From the NCBI GenBank assembly GCA_021432655.1, contig MU271210.1:77641-141640 (forward strand): 64,000 bases of DNA, in the 5' to 3' direction. A program made the position numbers and the translations under genes. The notes under the pieces were generated by a model. That model did no database searches. It had not been told where the DNA came from and was given only the letters and a program-made list of their open reading frames with translations. Source of the DNA: Atractiella rhizophila (Eukaryota). Shown here piece by piece: positions 1-13,659 of this stretch. Numbering within the stretch: the first letter of the stretch is position 1; each line of letters opens with the position of its first letter.

Positions 1-1
1 T

Positions 2-3000
2 ATGGTTCCGTAGCAAGTTCTTGATCGTTGTTATTGCTATCCCTTCACTCCACAAAATACTCTCCTGACGTTTTAACATACAGTGCAGAAAGACACCATG
101 CGCATTCCCGAAACTCCTCACGCTCGCCTTCCCCCACGCCCTCCATAACGATCAGCAAACCAGCCTCGTCCCAGCCTCCCGATTCTCTTCTACAGTCCGC
201 CCTCGACTCCAACCTCCAAACCCCACTTCCTCCACGTCCAGACGAGATAGATGAGAGCGCCACACCGACCCCTCTCGACGCACCTCTAGGTCGACGTCCA
301 CGGTCAGGATCGCGATCCTCTTCGGATACAAACCCTTCTTCCTCCTCTGCTTCCCCTCCACCCGAACTCACGGGTCATGGTCGTCCTCTACTCCCTCCTC
401 CTGTCGTGTCCATGGACCTTCGCGAAGGCAAGTACCCGAAGACGTCGCGCGCCAAACGGAAACAGCTCATTCAGGGTTTGAGTAAGAGGGATCAGGCTCT
501 TTATCGTTGGGCAAATGTTTCAGATTTGGACAGTTTCTTGGGAGAGGTCTATGCGTATTACATCGGGAAAGGGTGGCAATGTATCCTCTTGAAGAAGGTT
601 CTGGACCTACTGTACGTCATTTATGAAATGTTGACGAAGGAGAACTGACGATGAAGTCCTTGCTAGCACTGTGGGATTCGTTATTGCCTTCACGACGTTT
701 CTGCTCGGTTGTATAGATTACACCGTGATAAAGAAGAGCCACCATCTAGAGGAAGTGGTGATGAAGAAATGTGTCAATCGGTGCGTCAGTCATTTCGCTC
801 CCTCGTCATGGATATCGATTTTTCTTGTAGGCTGTCTGGCTTCACATTGCTGCTAGTACTGGCGTTTGCTCTGTTCTACATTCAACGCGTGGTTAGCTTT
901 GGTTTTGGAGTGCGCAAACTGTGGGAAATGCACGATTTTTTCCAAGAGTTGCTCGAAATACCAGAGGTAAGCTCGTTTTACTTTTAGTTCTAATGAAGAG
1001 AAGAGTTCTGAGGCCAGAGTAGGGCGACCTGCAAACCATTCCATGGTACGCTGTCGTATCTCGCCTGGCCACTTTAAAGGAGCACGAAGGTTATTCGTTG
1101 TCATCAATGCGGTCTATGGGAGGAAAGGGGCATCTAGATGCTCACGAAGTCGCCAATCGAATCATGCGATCGGAGAACTATCTGATTGCTTTGTTCAACA
1201 AGGATGTCCTCGACTTGTCGTTACAAGTGCCTCTGCCGAACGCCCTCACTGATGTTGGCAGCATGTTCGGTGCTGAGGAAAGGCCACGGCTTCGTGTTGG
1301 AGAGAAGAAGATAGTCCTAGGCGGGGGACTGACGAGAGCGCTTGAGTGGAATCTCGGTGTATGCTTGCTTGGTGGATTCCTGTTTGGCAAGGATGGACAA
1401 GTTAGACATGCTTTTATGAAAGAGAAGAATAAATTGCAGTTAACAGAAGCGTCAGTGCTCCTTTAAGATCTTCGGAGGAAGCGCGTTCTGACGGAGCTCT
1501 AGATTGATACGACGCTTCAAGCTTATGGCTATCATCAATGGAATCTTCGCATTTTTCATCGTCATCTATCTCATCATATATTCCTTCTTCCGTTATTTCG
1601 AGGTAGGCATCTGTGGCGCTCTCTATCGAGGCAGCTGAAGAGTTGGTTTTAGGAATATCACAAGAATCCGTCTTCAATGGGCTCCCGAACTTACACACAA
1701 CTCGCACGATGGAAGTTTCGCGAATTCAACGAGCTTCCTCACCTTTTCCAACAACGACTTAGCAGAAGCTATGAGCCGGCCGATACTTACATTCAACAAT
1801 TTCCCAAGGAGAAGACAGCTATAGTCTCTCGGTAGGTTTCAGCTACTTTCTAACAGAGGAGGCTGATGTAGAATGCCAGCTTCGTCGCTTTCATCTCTGG
1901 TTCCTTCGCAGCCGTTCTGGTTCTCTTCTCCCTGCTTGATCCCGATGCATTTCTACACTTTGAAATTACGCCAGGAGGAACCGTTCTGTTTTATATCGGC
2001 ATATTTGGCACCATCATGGCAGTTGCAAGGGGCATGGTTCCCGACGATCATCGCGTCGTCAATCCTGAAGAATTGATGCGCTCGATTGCGGATCATACTC
2101 ACTATCTACCGACCGAGTGGAAGGGTCGTTTACATTCTGCTGAAGTATGTCCTTTTTATCTGGAGTTCAAAGCTAAGTGTCGAATAGGTTCATCAAGAGT
2201 TTAGCCAACTCTTTCAGATGAAGATCACCATCTTCTTTCAAGAAATTGTCTCGGTCATCCTCACACCTTTCATTTTGTGGTTCTCACTCCCATCCTGTGC
2301 GCCGGCTATCATCGAATTCTTTCGTGTTTGCAGCGTGCACGTTGATGGACTGGGATACGTCACCAGCTTCGCGGAATTCAACTTCGAACGTCATGGAAAT
2401 CCACAGGTGTGTTTCGTTTTCTTTTGTTATAACATGACTAACCCCTAGTAGTTTGGAGCGCCAGTGCCTGTTAAAGATGGACGCTGGATGTCAAACAATG
2501 GAAAGATGGAGAAGAGCATTCTGAATTTCAAAGCTGTGAGGCATTCACCATGGTCGCACTTAGCTCCTCTGATTGTTTCTGCAGCATAATCCTAGCTGGA
2601 TGCCGAAGGTAGCCTTCCAGTGATTTATCGAGAAACAACTCATTTTGTTTTGCAGGACGAGGCACAGTCGTTGTACTTAAGCAAGATGACAGCAGATTTA
2701 AACCACTCCATGGCTCCAAGGTTCGGACGCTCCGTCATTAGAAAGTCCCGATTTGGTGGCATGTCGACTTCACCATTAGTTGAAGAGGAAGGTCCCGTCG
2801 CAGGTCCATCAGGGGAGCGGACCCTTGAAGAGAGTCGTCTGGCCGAGAAGAAGAACGAATACGAGCGAGCTTATCAGAGGTCCGTGGCGCCGTCCTTTAT
2901 GGCGAGCCAAGTGTCACCCCGGAAGAAACGACCAAAGAAGGCACCTTACATTGTGGACGAGGCGAGCTCTATTGATGAAGAAGACTATCAGGCCAATATG

Positions 3001-3111
3001 TTCGCCTCCTCGGATGAGCCGATGCGAGAAATTGACGACGACGCTGACGGAAACGACAATCACTATCTTAACCTGCTCGCCAATGTACCTCTCGGGACGT
3101 CCAAATGGTGA
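2..3111 (+). CDS. ATG9: Autophagy-related protein 9 (multi-exon; 5' end may extend beyond the window)
   Basis: Exon peptides [108 protein letters not shown] and [10 protein letters not shown] match the Atg9 family. ATG at 2 plus an intron at 10-83 joins in frame to ORF 28..648; stop at 3109-3111. Confidence 0.93.
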
Positions 3112-3750
3112 TGGACATGAAAGTCCTACAAACATCTGCATTAACATTCATCTTGGTGGCTTATTGCGGGATTTATCTCAATTCAAGCTCTGTTATTCCA
3201 TCGGGTTTCATAAAGTCGTTATTTCCGTGTCCTTGCTGTTCAGTGCTATTTTGAAGTTACCTCATCGTACTCACGTCGTCCTGCATTGAACGCTTGCTCT
3301 GTTTTCAATCTTCCCCTGGAGAGTCATGATCCTCCAGATCTCCAGAATCCGAACATGACAAATGTTACATGCCAATTGAGACGCAACATTTGTTTTTTCT
3401 TTGGCAATAGCCCCGAACCACTTTCCCTTTGAGGAATGCTTCGCGCCGATTCCGGCACTTCATTCTTCTTCTCAAAGCAATTTATCGTGCAGCAAATTGG
3501 CGCCATGTTTGAGTCTCCAAGCGGAGTCTTTGTTGCCAGGGTGTCAAGGCAGCCATGAACAATTGTGTGTTCCTCCGCCTGCCAAGTGCTTTACTTGTGT
3601 CGGAGTGGAAGCTCAGTTCTATGCAACCATGTTCAATTCTGAATGGCTTCAACTGAATCTCGCAATGAGCCTGAAAGGAGACCAAAAGCGGACAACTGAA
3701 GTGCAGTTTTCACCAGCGGTAACCCCACGGATTGTTCCCGGCTAGGCTCC

Positions 3751-5221
3751 ATGTCGTTCTTCACGAGGGACTTCGGGTTGGTCAAATTGATGATTGACAT
3801 CTGTTTGACTGCTTATATTGTTCCCCAGTTGGCCAAAGCATACAAAAGTCCCCCTTTAGGCGATCGTGGTGTCCAATTCAGGATCTTCGCGCTCGGTCGC
3901 ATCGATATTATGCCAGTGTTATCAGGGATAACATCTGAGCAGCTTTTGTTATGTATGGGCGTTCTCCACAATTATACATTGTACTGAATTTTTTCTTGGA
4001 TAGCTTCTTTATTTTCAACACTCCTCTTCGGATTGTCTATCGCACTCTTTCCAACCTCGATCCTCCTCTCATGGAACAAAGTTGGCGAGAAACTCCATGG
4101 CTTGATTGCCATGACCTTGCTCCTCATTTTGAGTTTTTGGGGAACACTGACTTTGGTACGCGCCTCTTGCCATTCACTGCACCAAGTCACTTTTTAATGC
4201 TCGCGTAGATTGCTGTCCAAACTCTTCAGTCCGCAAGTAAATCTGTCAGGTCCGATGTGGCCCAGCAGGTGTTGTTGTGTATGTCTTTCTCAAAGTTGAA
4301 CACGACAAACTCACCATGCCGATTCGCGAACCGGAAGTAATCCAACTATTCATCGCTGCGACCTGCCAATCCTTTCAAGCTAGACGTGCCGTTTCCAACA
4401 TGAAGTTTACTCCCATCCTCATTTTAGGAATCTGCGCCACTTTCGCGGCTGGTCTTTCTGTGTTCGCGTTTGGATTCTCCACCAATGGGGGATCTCATCC
4501 GTCGATGAAGGAACGAATTGCTAGCATTCTGTGGCTGTGGTTTGTTTTCTCGACGAATACGATCATCCTGGGCATGACCATCCGTCAACACCTCAAGAAG
4601 GGCATGGGGCACCTAAAGTTTGTCATGCGTTCTGAACTGTGGCGGGAAGCTGATGACAGAGCACTAGCTTGCGGGAAAAAGTCGTTGCCTTTGCAGCAGC
4701 TGTTCGTCCATTCAACTTCTCATTCCTCATTTTGTGAAGTTTTGTTTAGGGCTCTTTCAACGCCATCATTGGATTGGCTGCTGCGATTGCAGTCACTGCC
4801 AATCAAGAGACTCACGTTTGTTCTTCCCTTTCTCCTCTGAGTGCAACAACTGATCTGCCTGATTTTCAGGCGCATCAGCTCCTCTTCTGTAGCTTACTCT
4901 CGTGCTCTCCTTTGTTTCTTCTGACAGGACGAGCTAGTGCAAACCGCCCCTCTCTACATCCTATCCCTCTCCCTCTCTATTCGTTATCCCATCCAAACAA
5001 CACAACCCATCGTTCCGCTGGCTGTCCAAGTGACGTTGCCGCAAGCGGCCATTCTTTCTGCTCCTCTCGCCCGTACTGAAACGAGGGGAACATTGGTGGA
5101 GAGCAAGACGCCAGTGCCTTTGGAGATCCAAGTGCACACCGTGACGCAAGTGAATGGGTTTACTCCCCATTATTCCAGGAGGTCTTTTGACAGTGTCGAG
5201 ATCGCAATGCCTGCTCAATGA
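3751..5221 (+). CDS. Uncharacterised multi-pass membrane protein (multi-exon, start uncertain)
   Basis: Successive + strand ORFs carry hydrophobic helices (PILILGICATFAAGLSVFAFGF, IASILWLWFVFSTNTIILGMTI, APLYILSLSLSI) separated by GT-AG introns, ending in a low-complexity tail. No family firmly recognised. Confidence 0.5.
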
Positions 5222-5511
5222 TTAACATCGAGCTCCATCTTTCATTGACAATCGTGACGTTGCAAACTAAACTCAGTTATTGCTCCCCATGTACTTGTAG
5301 ACAGTTCTCTCATTGAGAGGGAAGAAATGATATGACTGCAACATGACGGTATATTGTGAACATCTGTAAAATCAAGAAGGAGGAGGGAAACTACGAAATG
5401 CAAAAGATGCGACGGTCACCGATACACTACTCAGTATTAACCACCCAAGAACGACTAAATGAATCCTCACGAAACCGAAAAACAAACTGGGCAACATCTT
5501 CCTCCGAAAGC

Positions 5512-8051
5512 TTAAACCTCCCCCAGCATCTTCCCCAACCCCAGATCCACCACTGCCAACCACTCATTCAGCGCGCTCATCGTCTTCTCCAGCTCCTGAA
5601 GCACCACTTCATTCGCCTTCCCCACTCCTCCCGGCGCCCCACCACTTCCGCCACCGAGAAGGACATAGTCGAGTGGCTTGATCGTCGGACCCTGTGGCAT
5701 CCCATCCTTTAGTTGATGCGGAAACGGGAAAGCGTTCCCTGCATTCGCGTTCTCAACAGGAGCGGAGAGAGGGCCGGCGTTTGGAGGCTGGGAGGAGTTG
5801 AGGCGAGAAAGGAGCATCTGTCCAGTCGCAAGCTAGCGAACTCTCAATCAGAACCACCGTCCCCATCACACAAAAGTATGGACCTACCTTCAATCCAGGT
5901 CGCGCCGCAGCAGCAGCGGCAGCCGCGATGTCCGCGCTACTCTTCCCTCTGCTAGGTGCAGGCTTGGCTCCCATTCCCCCAAAGCTGAGCGAGGCAGAAT
6001 GTCCCATCCCGCTTGCTCCACTGACCGCATTCAAATTTCTCGCACCACTGCGCTCGCCCTCTCCTCCAGTATTACCCAGAGTCGCAGCACGCGTCCGCGT
6101 TGGCGGGGCGGCTAGCTTGTTTGACTGGGAAGTGGGGGAAGAGGGCCCGGATTCGAGCGTGGAAGTGAGGGCAGTTGGCGGGGTATTGTTGCGTCGGTGA
6201 CCGGGAGGAGAAAAGGCGCTGGGAGCTGGTGGAGCGGGCGGACGGGTGAGGGTGAAGTCGAGGTCGATGGAAATGGTGGATTCCTCGATGGGGTTGGCGT
6301 AGAAGGATGTGGCCGAGGTAGAGATGGACATGTTCGAACTCCCACCGGTGGCGGGACGGATGGTCGAGGAACTATCGTCCCGATTGTTCGTCGACGAGAA
6401 CGAGCGTGGTCCTTGTATTCCCCCGAAACTTATACCTGGTAACGAGCCCATGGAGCCAAAGAAGTTCGAGTTGTCGGGTTGGGAATTTTCGTCCTCAAAA
6501 AGTTGGAGTAGCGGATGTCGAATGTTTGGTTGGCCTACATTAATGCCATTCAGTTTCCATATTCCCCCGTCCAAAGAAAGGAGGATGTACCAGATTCCTC
6601 ACCGCGCTCATCGTCGATCGATTCCCTTCTGCTTTCTTCATCCGGGAATAGTTCACCCTAACCGACACATAAACTCAGCACTCTTTCTCTGTTTCCAGAT
6701 AAAAAATGAATGACAGACCGCTTCGAAGTCCCATTCCGCCTCACTTAGGATTGTCAATCGCTTCTCTTCGTCACTCATCTCTGGAGCCATCGCCAGCGAG
6801 TTCCTCACTCCGCCTTTCCTCTCCCAATCATAATACTTCGTAATGTACGGTTGCAGGGCCGAGAGCTTGTCCTTTTTCACACCCTTGATCCATTTTGTCT
6901 CTGAAAGCTCGACAGCTGTCATTCGCTGTCATGCAGTCAATTCAGTACAGCAATCAGCAGACAAACATGAGCGAGATAGACGAACCTCGGACCCTTTCTC
7001 ACTCAAGCATCCCTGCAAGAAGTCCCTCGCGAACTGAGAGTAAGTTCCGTCGACTCCATTCTCAGGTAACTGAGGAGGTTTCATCCTAGCGGACTTGTAA
7101 TAATCCACTACTTCGTAAGGCCCATATTCGTTCTGTCGAGGCACCTCGCCTGTCAAGAGCTCGATCACGGTCACGCCCAGAGACCAGATGTCGGCTTTGG
7201 TATCGTATGCGTTCTCGCGTACCACTTCTGGTGCCATCCAGTACGGCGTACCGATGAAGGTTGTCCGTTTGGATGAGGTGTGGATTAGACCGGCGGCAAC
7301 TCCGAAATCGCACAGTAGGATACGACATGAGTTTGTTAGAAGGATGTTGGCCGCTACTCATCCTTCTCAGTTGATGGGGTAACGAGGGAGGAGGAACAGA
7401 CTGACCCTTCAGGTCTCGGTGGATTACGTTCTCCTTGTGGATGAAGGCAAGGGCTAGAAGCACTTCGCGAACGATTAGAGCGACATGTCGTTCTTCGAAC
7501 CTGGAAGCTTTCAACTGTTTGTCTTCACATCAACGATCATACCCACTAGGACATACACCAGCAGAGCAGAAAGAATATACATACCAATGTCTTAATGCTC
7601 CCTCCTTCCGCCAAGTCCATCGCTATCCACAGCTCCATCCTCTCTAACCAACAACCGTGGTATCCAGTCACATTATTCTCTTCTGCACGACTTCCAAACT
7701 GCGAGAGCAGAGCAACTTCGTTCCTAACGTCGGAAACATCCTCGTTTTCGAGGTCGATCACCTTCAAAGCAACGAGGGTGGTGGTAGGTATATGTGTGCT
7801 TCATAATACAATACCAAACACCGATTCAAGTTTCGTTTCAGAAGTATGTCAGCCTGATTGCGAAGCAGTGGGAAGGAAGATGTACGCTTTGTAAACGCTC
7901 CCGAAAGCGCCTCGACCAATCAGCTTAATCCTTCACCGCAAACCAGTCACTAATGTAGGTACAGAGGAGAGAAAGGTGCAGACTTTTTGAATATGGCTCC
8001 AGCCTTTGCGTTAGGATGTGCGCTCGTCCATTGCACTATGGGCGACTGCAT
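5512..8051 (-). CDS. STE20/GCK-family Ser/Thr protein kinase (Kic1/Nak1-like)
   Basis: Spliced motifs LIGRGAFGSVYK, VALKVIDLE, LWIAMDLAEGGS, IHRDLK, LCDFGVAA, GTPYWMAPEV and YDTKADIWSLG, then a long Ser/Pro-rich region and a short C-terminal helical segment. ATG at 8051. Confidence 0.9.
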
Positions 8052-8335
8052 CTTTTGCTCTACAATACTTTGGCTCCTCCTACGCTGTATTTGATGAATA
8101 CCCTCTTATCTTGATGTATCTACCCAAGATACTAATGCTGGGCACTTCTGAACTCTGGATAAATGAAGGGTAGGTTGGAATGTTGAAATGAAACCTGAAA
8201 TCTTGTTGGTATTAATGAGTCATTTCCCTTGACTCTACCACGTGATCACCCCAGCAATCAATCGAATTCGACGATGTATTGCAGAAGCTGTCTGTGCTGA
8301 TGTTGATGGGATAGTTAGTGTAATAGTTGGTGGCT

Positions 8336-11000
8336 ATGAAGTACAGCGTAGGGAAAGACGGAAAGATATTGTGCTACTGTGGAGAGGAAGCGAGAGAGCG
8401 TAGGGTGGTCAAGGAGAGCACCAACAAAGGGAGGTGTGTATCCCCTCTCCATTTCATCTTTCGTTCTTCTTCCAATTTCTCATTGGAATTCTCATATCCA
8501 TCTCAATGGTTCATTACTGAATTAACCTGAGCAATGCCCTTTATGCTAATTGTATTCCGACATCCGTTCAAGCTACCTCATTCAATATTTCAATGTCCAA
8601 TTCTCAGCAAAGTCAAGTTATAATGGCCAGTCAAAGCTACATGTACTCACTTATTTTTATCGGTAGGAAATTTTACAGCTGTGATAAAGACGACGGATTA
8701 AAGAAATGCACAATGTTCGGTATGTCTTGTCTTTCATTTGCTGTAAGCGCGAGGCTGACAAAGGGACGACAGTGTGGGAAGACGATCTCACTTCTCCTTT
8801 CAGGTCCAAACAATCAAACCGCGCTTCAACGAGCACAATGGCCAATTCAGCCAGTTCTCCAACAAAGCCCTTCACTGGAAGATCAATGGACACAAAGTCA
8901 CCTTCACCTACAAAACCACAGCTCGAGTTCACAACGGTCTCTCCATCCAAACAGCAACCCCGACCTCATTCCACGACCATCAGCCCCGCAGGAAAAGAAT
9001 CAAAGCCCAAACCGACGCCTGTACCTCCTCCGCCTCCATCCAGACCCCAACTACTTTCTAAACTCCAAACGCCACCAAAAGCCATCTCTACCTCTAAAGA
9101 GTCTCCCCCAAAAGCCGACTCTAACGCGAACACCACAATGGCAGTGTCTCCCTCAAGATCGAAGCTTAAGCCAGTCTCCGCTTTCACTCCACAATCAAAC
9201 CGCGCTTCGACGAGCACAATGGCCAATTCAGCCAGTTCTCCAACAAAGCCCTTCACTGGAAGATCGGTGGACACAAAGGCACCTTCGCCTACAAAACCAC
9301 AGCTCGAGTTCACAACGGTCTCTCCATCCAAACAGCAACCCCGACCTCATCCCACGACCATCACCTCCGCAGGAAAAGAATCAAAGCCCAAATCGACGCT
9401 TGTACCTCCTCCGCCTCCATCCAGACCTCAGCTACTTTCTAAACTCCAAACACCACCAAAAGCCATCTCTACCCCCAAAGAGCCCCCCCCAAAAGCCGAC
9501 CCTAACGCGAACACCACAATGGCAGTGTCTCCCTCAAGATCGAAGCTTAAGCCAGTCTCCGCTTTCACTCCATCCCTGCATGCACCAATCCCCAAACCTG
9601 ACCGGACACCTCTCAAAGGCAAAGAGGGATCCTCACACATCACCCCCAAACGATCTCCCAATACTTTCCGCGCTCAGACGCTTTTGGACCATCGCAAACG
9701 CTCGCGTACTGAGATGGAGGAGGAGGAGGATGGGGAAAAGACTGAGGATGAAGAGGCAGGAAATGGGGTCATGAGCGGAGGGAGGAAGAAGGGGAGCAGT
9801 GTTAGAACCGACGTTGGGTTTGGTGAGGGGAAGGATCTGATCCCAGTGGACGATGAAGCCCTGGATCTGATAAGTGATGAGGCGGAGGTTTTGGAGGCTT
9901 TCGAAGGTGCTATGAGATCGCAAACTCGGAAGGAAGACGAGGTCGAGGAAGGTAGGGAGTCAAAAAGGCAGAAGTTGGAGATCGAGAAATCTCCATCTTT
10001 ACGGAAGGAACCAACGCTGTTGTCTCCCCAAGAAGGTACGACTCTGCCTCCCTCTACACCATTTGTCAAAGAACCATCCCAATCAGAATCGAAGCTCCAA
10101 TCACAGGCAAAAGAGGAGTCCTCCCTTCCGTTAGTTGAAGCTGATTCCTTGCGTCGGGTGTCTACGTCTTCGAAATCACTTCACTCGCTTTCTTTCGCCT
10201 CCGCTTCCTCCATTTCTACACCCTCCTTCATCGGCGGAGGCGGATATGGGCAGAACAGACACATCGGGAGGGAGATTCTGGAGCAGTGGGAGGAAGAGGA
10301 GCGGGAGAGGGAAGAGAAGGAGAGGGCGGAAAGGGAAGAAGAGGAGAGGGAGAGGGAGGAGAGGAGACGGAAAGCTTTGGAGGAGGAAGAGGCGTGGGAG
10401 AGCGCGAATCGAGAGCTCGATTGCTCTGTGTCGGCTCTCCTTCGCGGTAGAACAGGGGAGGAGCAAGGTGTCAGAGTCGAACCGTCCAGCTCTCCACTGC
10501 CTGTTGCTTTGGAAGTCGGCTCGGGGTTGGAAAAGAAGCATCGCTCCTCCCTCCCTCCCGTCTCTGAATCATACCGACGATCGCGCTCACATACCCCTGC
10601 CCATCTACATTCTATTGCTCCCCATCACCTTGTCAACACTCCTCACCATCTTCCTGCCATCGCTTCCAGGTCCCATCCTGCCTCACCCAATAAGCTGGAT
10701 ATTACTGAAAAACTTGATACCACGATCATGGAAGCAGAAAGGATTGGAGAGGCGATGGACAGGATGAGAGAGATGCTTGTCCAGGCGAAAAGGGTTGCGC
10801 AGGAACGGGACGAGGAAATGCAGCGGCTGAAGAGAGAGAATGGGTGTGTAGTTTTCTCCCTACCTGCCTTACCTCACACCACCGATATTACTTTTCATAA
10901 CTTGTGAAAGGAGATGCTGATGTTGATTGGGCGTAGGGAATTGAAAGCTCAGATTGAACATCTGAAGCAATTGGCTGCAGATGCAGGGTTGACTCAATGA
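8336..11000 (+). CDS. GRF-type zinc-finger protein with a long low-complexity region and C-terminal coiled coil
   Basis: Exons 1-3 splice to LCYCGEEARERRVVKESTNKGRKFYSC...KCTMF.VWEDD (zf-GRF pattern with GRKF), followed by the bulk of ORF 8706..10907 and a short last exon ending TGA at 10998-11000. Confidence 0.75.
8811..9572 (+). repeat. In-frame tandem duplication, 2 x 381 bp (127 codons)
   Basis: CAATCAAACCGCGCTTC starts at 8811 and again at 9192; both copies end ...CCAGTCTCCGCTTTCACTCCA; scattered substitutions between copies. Confidence 0.95.
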
Positions 11001-11380
11001 GTCCCGCCTCAAAGTTGCGAGAGAGTCGACTTATGACGGTTATACTGGAGTCAAGGATTCTGAACGATCTCAATTTGCTGTCTGCTTGGATTAGGATATA
11101 CCCAACTTGTAGTGGCATGTTGTTGTTTCTTGCTTGCTATCTTTCTTTCTTGTCATGGGCAAATGATGTGTCTGTCTAACCAATGTAAGAATGCTATATG
11201 TTTCACCCTATCTCTTGCCTAAATTCTTGCCAACCTTAACACTGGAATCGATAAAAGGCGAATGGTAATAATATGGATAATAGTCCCAAATTGCTGGATG
11301 CGATCAACATGATCGACTTTGTCTCAACCTCCATCAGCTCCTCCATCTCCTCTCATTCAAATCGAGTGAAACAGAAAAAG

Positions 11381-13423
11381 ATGGAGACACAGTCTCCAGC
11401 ATCCTTAACAATTACGCCTCCCACTCCTAATGTTCTCCAGACGCGTTTCCCGGGATCGCAAGCAACATCAACCTCGACGACTGCATCTGTCGTTCCCATC
11501 CCAGAAGATGAGAATGAGACTGCTCATGAACGGATAGTAAGAGTTACTGGAGAAGGTAGCGGGAATATAGATGCGAAAAAATGGAAGTTTGCCTACTACT
11601 GCAGCAGCCATGGCTTTGGTACGTTCTCTCAAGAACCTGAGTGGTCAATGAATGAGGTGATGAACGTGAAGGACACGCAACCCGCGTCGCCGCTCTCACG
11701 TCCTCACTCCTCTTGTGCGGTCACAGTGTCACCATCGTGACCTCCGCCCCGAGGTTCATCTTTGCCAGCGTGATTGAACGTGGAGCACAATACAGGCTCG
11801 CCCAGGTAGATCCGATGGTTTATCAGCCTACAGCGTACACTATGGATAGGAGGAGGACGGTAGATGCTTTAAAAGAGTTCTTAGAAGGTCGGGAAGAGAC
11901 GCTGGAGAGGGAGAAAACTTGGTTATTGAAGGAGGGAGTGGATTGCGTGCTCAGTGATGCGGTCTTCGCTGGTTGGTGAGTTGATCTCCTTGGGCTGTGG
12001 ATCGAGACATTGTTTCCTCGCACGAGTCTCCTCCTCGCGTTTGCGAGTCCTCGTCGCTCGCTAGAAGCAAACACGATTTTGAACTGACCCTTGCATAGTG
12101 CCGCCGCGAATCTGGCGTCCATTCCTTCCTCCATAGTTTCCAATTTCACCTTCGACCCCGTCTATTCCTATCTATCTTCTCCTTCCTCCTCAAAACTGCC
12201 AGAAGATCAAACAATTCCATCGTCCGAACTCTTTCCCCTTGTTTCCCTTGTCACGTCTGACTACGCGTGTGCCTCTCTGCTCCTACGTCTACCCGGCGTC
12301 ATCCCTCTTCCCTCCTTTGACAAGAGTGACGCAGGAGTCGATTTGTTGGATGCGACGACATGGGTTGATTTGGAGAAGGGTTCGTTCACCAAAGAGGTGG
12401 AGCGGTTACTTGTAGACCCGGAGCCAGGAGAAAAGAGCATGGCCAAAGGGAAAAGGAAGAGCCAGAAGATCGTCGACGTGCCACTCATCTTTCGTCCCAT
12501 CTCTTCCTTCGTCAAAAATTCCCCCGAAACATTCAAAATCACCTTTCTCACATCGCTAGGCGTACCAAACTCACTGCATAATCATAACATCCTCCTCGTT
12601 TCTTTCGGCGGACAGTCCATCCCTAAACCACGCTCTCAAACTTCTACCCCACGCGTCTCTCCCCGCAGTTCGCCTCGACACTCAATGCTCGTTACTCCAG
12701 CAAAGAACAACACGTTGCCACTCCCTCCCTCTCCCAACAGTGGAGCTCTCCCTCTTCCCAGTCCGGCACTTCCATTCCCAACCAAGATATTGAACGAGGA
12801 GCCGGAGGCCATGACTTTAGAGCACGGAGAGGACGGTAAGTCGAGCTCGACCTTGTTGCCTGATGGATGGATAGCTCTCATTTGTGGACTTGGACCAAAG
12901 GCGGTCAAGGAGGTGAAGATGGAACTCCCGGAGAGGTTCTTTGTCATTGAGGATAAAGATGTCTATGTACCAGACCTGACAAAGATTTCAGACGTGGTGT
13001 TGGGTAAACTGGTTCGTTCCCGTCTCCTCCCTCCTCGTCCACGAAACTGAGGCTGACACGAAGGGATACGGCACTTGTTCTGAGACCCTCTCCACAAGAA
13101 CACCCTTCATCTTTGGTTTGTTGCAACTTGCTCTCTTAAAGCACGCCAAGTTCACGAAGTGAATATCTACAGTGCCCCGTCCACTTTTTGTAGAAGAATA
13201 CGGCCTCAAACGGCTCATGAAATCCCAAGGGGTCTGCGTAGAGATGAAGCGGGAAGATTTTGAAGAAGGGACCTGGGCAGGGTACGTCCTTGAGGCTTTC
13301 CGGTTGGGAGAGGAGCGGCGAAAGAAAGGAGAGGAGGAGGAGGAGAAGGAAGACGCGGGATTGGTCATTGTTAGAGAGTTGGAGCGGTTTTTGGAAGAAA
13401 GGGTGAAGGAAGATACGCCATGA
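11381..13423 (+). CDS. Glycosyltransferase-fold protein resembling the N-terminal domain of plant L-arabinokinase
   Basis: FAYYCSSHGFGHATRV, VDCVLSDAVF, IPSSIVSNFTFD, LLVSFGG, YVPDLTKISDVVLGKLGYGTCSE and VPRPLFVEEYGL; no GHMP kinase domain follows. Confidence 0.75.
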
Positions 13424-13659
13424 GCGACTAGGAAGGGGTTGCAAGGATGATATTCACGGGCAAAATCATGAGATAGCGGTTAATGTTGCGTTTGGTTTAT
13501 ATGGATTTTTCGCATTTCGTATTCATTTCCTGATACAAGCATATGTTGCAACTTCTACTTGTCCATGTCAGAACATCGAGGCATTGAATCCATTAAAATG
13601 TTGAAACGAATACAATCAAGAATTGAATACAGTTGATTCCACAGGTTTACAAATATACA

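Noticed and set aside
8593..9774. 393-aa overlapping ORF in the GRF gene
   Set aside because: Alternative frame of a low-complexity duplicated exon; its start lies in an intron and it has no recognisable domain.
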